DNA from: Isurus oxyrinchus
Lineage: Eukaryota
Reading direction: 5' to 3'
Length of the DNA stretch: 64,000 nucleotides
Assembly: GCA_026770705.1 (NCBI GenBank)
Contig: JANJGN010000026.1
Coordinates: forward strand, 40,238,001-40,302,000
The translations under genes were made by a program, and so were the position numbers. Each line of letters starts with the position of its first letter. Position 1 is the stretch's first letter. The notes under the pieces were generated by a model. That model had not been told where the DNA came from. It made no database searches and saw only the letters and a program-made list of their open reading frames with translations. Positions 60,045 through 64,000 of the stretch are shown here, in pieces.

Positions 60045-60600
60045 TGTTTTTATACTGCGCGCCTTCTGGTACCTGTCACTATGTCTCTCAGCCCGCAGTA
60101 ATACACCGCGCTGTCAGACAGCCGCAGGTCACTGATGGTGAAATTCCCTTCACTTTTCGTAGTGTCGAGAGATCCAGAAAATCGAGTCCCCACGTCCTTT
60201 GCCCTGAAAATATTTCCGTAATTCGGGATGTAGATTAAGAATGTGGGGTCTTTACCCCGGTGCTGACAGTATAACTGTAAGGAATATCTAGTAGCAATGG
60301 TGGAATAGCTGTAATGAATGGTCACTGAGTCTCCTTCAAACTGCATCGCTGCATCTGACCCCTGTGAGACCGAGTCTGCACCACTTACACCCGCAGAAAT
60401 TAAAAATTAAGGAACTTTTAGATTTTATTACTTTGTGCCAGTTTATTAGTTTAAGTGAGGGAACACATTCTAAATAGGAATAAGACCGAATTAAAAAAAA
60501 ATATTAATGCTACCTGCAAGAGGAAACTCCTAAAACTAGTAGACTTACCGGGTAGGAGAGCTGCAACTGTGAGAAATGAATAAAAAATAAAACCCAACAT
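60045..60600 (-). pseudogene. Family-B V (copy 4): intact leader 60549-60600 and open V exon 60084-60390, with acceptor AG>GG and heptamer CATAGTG
   Basis: MLGFIFYSFLTVAALLP|gtaagt. V reads GVSGADSVSQGSDAAMQFEGDSVTIHYSYSTIATRYSLQLYCQHRGKDPTFLIYIPNYGNIFRAKDVGTRFSGSLDTTKSEGNFTISDLRLSDSAVYYCGLR. RSS CATAGTG-23-ATAAAAACA. Confidence 0.88.
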
Positions 60601-61151
60601 ATTTACAGCGAGCTAATGGCGGATTGAAACAGAACAGTTTGAATCTGTAAATGTTTCAGTGAAGGGTTGGGATGATTTTCATTTGTACTCGGTCTCTTTT
60701 GCGATTGGTTAATTTATGAAAGTCTCAACAAGTGATGTCCAATCAGCTGCACACATTTTGATTGCGTCAGAGTGTGGTGCAGCAAATCAGCGAAGTCTTC
60801 GTCCCCTCCAAGAGGACTGAGCCGAGGATTGAACTGAATTCTCTGTCTCTTGCAGAGTCAGTGTGAAGTGGTGGCAGTGAGGGGGAATAGTTAATTCCCC
60901 CTCATTAACAGTAATTAACATTAATAGTTAATGTTGTCCACAATGCCGGAGACTCGCATTAAAAGAGCTGCTCACTGACCATGGGAAATTCGAACAGTTG
61001 ATATTAATTGGAATATTAAACAAATGGACAATAATGGGGTCTACAACACAGAAATGTGCAATTTCACATAACTAGTCTTTAGCTTGGTTTCTGTTCCGTT
61101 AACTGTTCAGGGCCAAAATTGATTCAATGAAAAAAAAGTGAGTTTTCTGTC

Positions 61152-61491
61152 GGTTCTTGTGCGGCCTAACAGCGTCTCACTAACACCGAGGCTCAGCGCA
61201 CAGTGATAGACGGTAGAGGCAGAGACTAGAGAACGGGGAACTGCTCAGGGTCAGTTTTTTTGTCTGCCCAAAACAGCAGAGAACAGGTCGAGGAAATCTG
61301 GAGAATTATCTCTCTGTCCCTTACCGAACCTCTTCATTAAATATTGCGGAACTGCCCCGGGATACTGGACATATCAGTAGAGATAGGAATTACGACAGAA
61401 TGTGGAACATCTGCAGCTAATATCAGGGTCTGTCCTTCTTGAACCGTTAATTCTGGCGGTTTCTGAGCCACTAAATCTTTGCCACTCGTTC
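61152..61491 (-). pseudogene. Family-A-like V pseudogene (inverted paralogue of 29423-29745)
   Basis: TSGKDLVAQKPPELTVQEGQTLIL, frameshift, C...SYLY*YVQYPGAVPQYLMKRFG...TVYHCALS; nonamer ACAAGAACC. Confidence 0.85.
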
Positions 61492-61734
61492 CTGTAACAA
61501 AAACACAAAAGCTTTCAGAATTCTGCGGGTAAATATAACCAATATGACAGAAACTCGTCATTTAACAACAGGTAGCACTTATCAATAACAAATATGGGGA
61601 GCACTTGATGCCTCATGTATACAATGCTGGAGAATAACAGATTTTTAAAATCGGATGACTCTTCCGATCTGACAGTAAAAAGTAGATTCAGAGAAAGGGG
61701 TATATGTTTATTGTCAGAACTTTTTTCTAATTTT

Positions 61735-62350
61735 CATGGGATGTGGGTGTCGCTGGCTGGGTCCGCCTTTATTGCACATCCCTACTTGTCCTTGAGAAGG
61801 TGATGATGAGCTGCTTTCTTGAACCGCTGCAGTCCATGTGGTGTAGGTACACACACAGTGCTGTTAGGGAGGGAATTCCAGGGTTTGTACCCAGCGACAA
61901 TGAAGGAACGGCGATATATTTGGAAGTCAGGATGCTGAGTGACTTGGAGGAAAATTTGCGTTCCCTTCAATCTGCTGCCCTTGTCCTTCTAGGTGGCAGT
62001 GGTCGTGGATTTGGAAGGGGCTGTCGAATGAGCCTTGGGGAATTTCTGCAACGCATCTTGTAGATGATGCACACTGCTGACACTGTGTGTTGGTAGTGGA
62101 GGTAGTGAATGTTTGTGCATGTGGTACCAATAAAGCGGGCTACTTTGTCCTGGACAGTGTCAATCCTCTTGAGTGTTGTGGGAGCAGCCCTTATCCAGGC
62201 AAATGGGGAGTATTCCATCTAACGTTTGACTTGTGACTTATAAATGTTGCACAGGCTTTGGGGAGCCAGGAGGTGGATTACTCGCCGCACAATTCCTAGC
62301 CTCTGACCTCCCCTTGTAGCCATTGTATTTATATGGCTAGTCCAGTTCAG
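61735..62350 (-). mobile_element. CR1/L2-clade LINE 3' fragment
   Basis: Encodes MEYSPFAWIRAAPTTLKRIDTVQDKVARFIG. Confidence 0.88.
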
Positions 62351-63199
62351 TTTCTGGGGCTTTTCTCTTTGTCAAGGTTGGCTGGTCTCCCAGAACCGCC
62401 TACAAATATACGCCAACCAGTGCTAGTTGTGGGCCAATCATTGATGTCTCCAGCCCAAACTTCCCCTTGACTAGCTGCATGAGTGAGACTCTGTCTGTCT
62501 GTTTGTCTCTCACTTTCTCTGTGTCTGTCCAATCTTCGGTGTCAATCCACCTCATTAACACTTCCTCTATCTTCCTTTGACTTTATGTTTGCAGCTGTCT
62601 CTCCCCCTCCCCTTCACTTCCTCCTCATCGCTCTCTCTCTCTCTCTTCTCCCTCACTCCCCATCTTTCTATCTGTCGTGCTTTCACTCATTTTGCTTAAC
62701 CAGCTGGGTTTCTCTTGAATCTTTCTCTCAGCAGATTTCTTTCAATGCTTCTCCCTTTATCGCAGTCTTATTCTGTCTGTTTAACACGTAGTTTTTCTTT
62801 CTCCCCCTCTCTCTCTATCCCCTCATCCCATCCCCCACCCTCTCTATTCACTGACATTTGAAGCGGAAAATAATGGTAATCGTTCCGATTCCCTGTCAGC
62901 ACTGCCACAGCTAATGAGCTCCATTACCAGTCAAAGCGGGAGCAGATGAGGGGCACGGTTAAGTGAACATGACTGTGTCTGGTGAGATATCTTTTAAAAT
63001 ATCACCTGAAGTTTTTGCAGCACACCCAAAAACTGACTCGTGCAGCAACTGATTCTGTTATTCATTCCGAAATCTACAGGTCTCTGTTAAAACTATGGTT
63101 TGAAATATCCGAACTTGACCGTAACTTAAAACCATTGAGAAATTACACTTTTCCTTATTCTGAAAACAGTGATTTTAGCTAGAGAATCCCGATAGGATC

Positions 63200-63456
63200 A
63201 GGACGTATTTTCTCCTGTATTTTCTATGTAAATTCCCGGGTACCCTTCTGACGCAACCTCTGGCTTTGGATGGTACATTGAATCCCCGTTTCTCACCTCT
63301 CATAACAAACAGAGGACAAACAACGGATTTAACGAAGCAATCGCCTTGGGGTGGAGTTGGGAAATTATGCATTTATGGGGAAATATTGTAGAGAAGTCCC
63401 AATATCACAGACCAATGGTCAGAGCAATAACCAAAAATAGCAGAACTTCACTTCCG
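63200..63456 (-). pseudogene. Family-G leader/V relic (inverted paralogue of 28472-28700)
   Basis: acggaagtg..VLLFLVIALTI|gtctgtgatattgggac matches gtcagtgagattgggac. Confidence 0.6.
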
Positions 63457-64000
63457 TGGTGCCAGCCTGAGCTCCAGAAGCTGAAACTTTAATCACCTGA
63501 GGGAAAATAAAACTGAAACGTCGCCGAGATCAAAGCAGATAAGTGGGAATTTCTTCTATTTCAATCTCGCTGAACAGCCACTTCCTGTAGCTGGGGATCC
63601 TGATCGTTATCAAGTGATGAGAGAGCGCCCTCCGCTGGACAGCACAAGCCTCGCCGAGAACACTGGAAACCCGCACAGATGCAGACAGATAAACACACAT
63701 TTACACATAAGCGCGCTCAGAGAGATAGCCACAGTCGGTCACCACAAAAGAGGTTGCTGTTGTTTTAATTCGTAAAGTGCACTAGAGGCTCATTCGTGAT
63801 TTTGGCCTTAACACTGCCGTAGACCCAATTCCAAAGTCATAAGGTACTGGCGGACGAGGCAGCCGTTTGTCCCATCTTAATTTGGATTTGGATTCTGTCA
63901 TTTAGAGCGACGGCCTGTTCTTCCGGCTTTCACTCTCTGTGCGACCAACAATCAGTTGGTAACAGTGCTGAAAAAAACTGGTTTTGTTTTCCCTCTCAAC

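Overview
Vertebrate genomic DNA, most likely from a cartilaginous fish; this is inferred from the shark-type repeats and the shark-type GPR139-like receptor. The window lies inside a T-cell receptor alpha/delta-type variable (V) segment array. I can read about 30 V segments or V relics on both strands, typically a leader exon, a short intron, a V exon and a 23-bp-spacer RSS. No D, J or intact C segment is visible. Only two V genes look intact: 3764-4262 (-), which is canonical, and 14179-14690 (+), which is not. The others carry stops, frameshifts, broken splice sites or broken RSSs. Main observations: (1) a multi-copy V family in which the invariant Cys23 and Trp41 are replaced by Tyr/Phe and Leu, with one intact member; (2) a second duplicated V family lacking both cysteines; (3) an intronless leader-V; (4) CTCF-like motifs co-oriented with V genes, some only about 23 bp beyond the RSS; (5) an intact two-exon GPR139-like GPCR inside the V array; (6) a Penelope-like retroelement with inverted terminal repeats and a 10-bp target duplication, plus related hammerhead-ribozyme relics. 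Family letters A-L are my own ad hoc labels. Coordinates of intact exons and RSSs were counted by hand; boundaries of decayed relics and repeats are approximate.
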